50,689 nucleotides of DNA. It comes from Syntrophaceae bacterium UBA4767. Lineage in GTDB: Bacteria > Desulfobacterota > Syntrophia > Syntrophales > UBA4767. Location of the stretch: contig DHHR01000035.1 in NCBI GenBank assembly GCA_002403385.1, positions 15,795-66,483 on the forward strand, read 5' to 3'. The number at the start of each line of letters is the position of its first letter. The first letter of the stretch is position 1. Below, in pieces: positions 50,672-50,689 of this stretch. The notes below the pieces were generated by a model that searched no databases, was not told where the DNA came from, and saw only the letters and a program-made list of their open reading frames with translations. The translations under genes and the position numbers were made by a program.

Positions 50672-50689
50672 GAGACCTTTGAAAAACGG
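50672..50689 (+). mobile_element. Left end of MITE family A (truncated by window end)
   Basis: GAGACCTTTGAAAAACGG is identical to the start of the other copies. Confidence 0.85.

Overview
Mostly housekeeping chromosome from an anaerobic deltaproteobacterium; a Desulfobacterota/Syntrophales-like origin is inferred from gene content only. It holds groES-groEL-dnaJ, tRNA-fMet, pilS/pilR, comEC, a complete 8-gene aromatic operon (aroF-aroB-pheA-aroDE-aroA-aroK-aroC-tyrA), hom-apgM, recG, purMN, pepA-oppDF, miaA, panG-panB and surE. A ~5 kb accessory patch (20.5-25.9 kb) contains a deleted IS, gene remnants and mscS plus a frameshifted trehalose synthase. The most interesting signals are non-coding. 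(1) An unannotated 24-aa Phe/Trp/Tyr-rich leader peptide with tandem terminators precedes the aro operon and is a candidate attenuator sensing all three aromatic amino acids. (2) A 173-bp MITE with 12-bp TIRs and a 5-bp TSD has reconstructed empty sites on sigma70 -10 hexamers in 3 of 4 complete copies. (3) A second MITE family with bipartite TIRs and a 4-bp TSD is built from REP-like hairpin units nested in each other's loops. (4) There is a c-di-GMP-I riboswitch, a pan-motif leader, and a sigma54/IHF promoter downstream of pilR driving non-pilin membrane proteins. All calls come from reading the sequence; no database searches were run.
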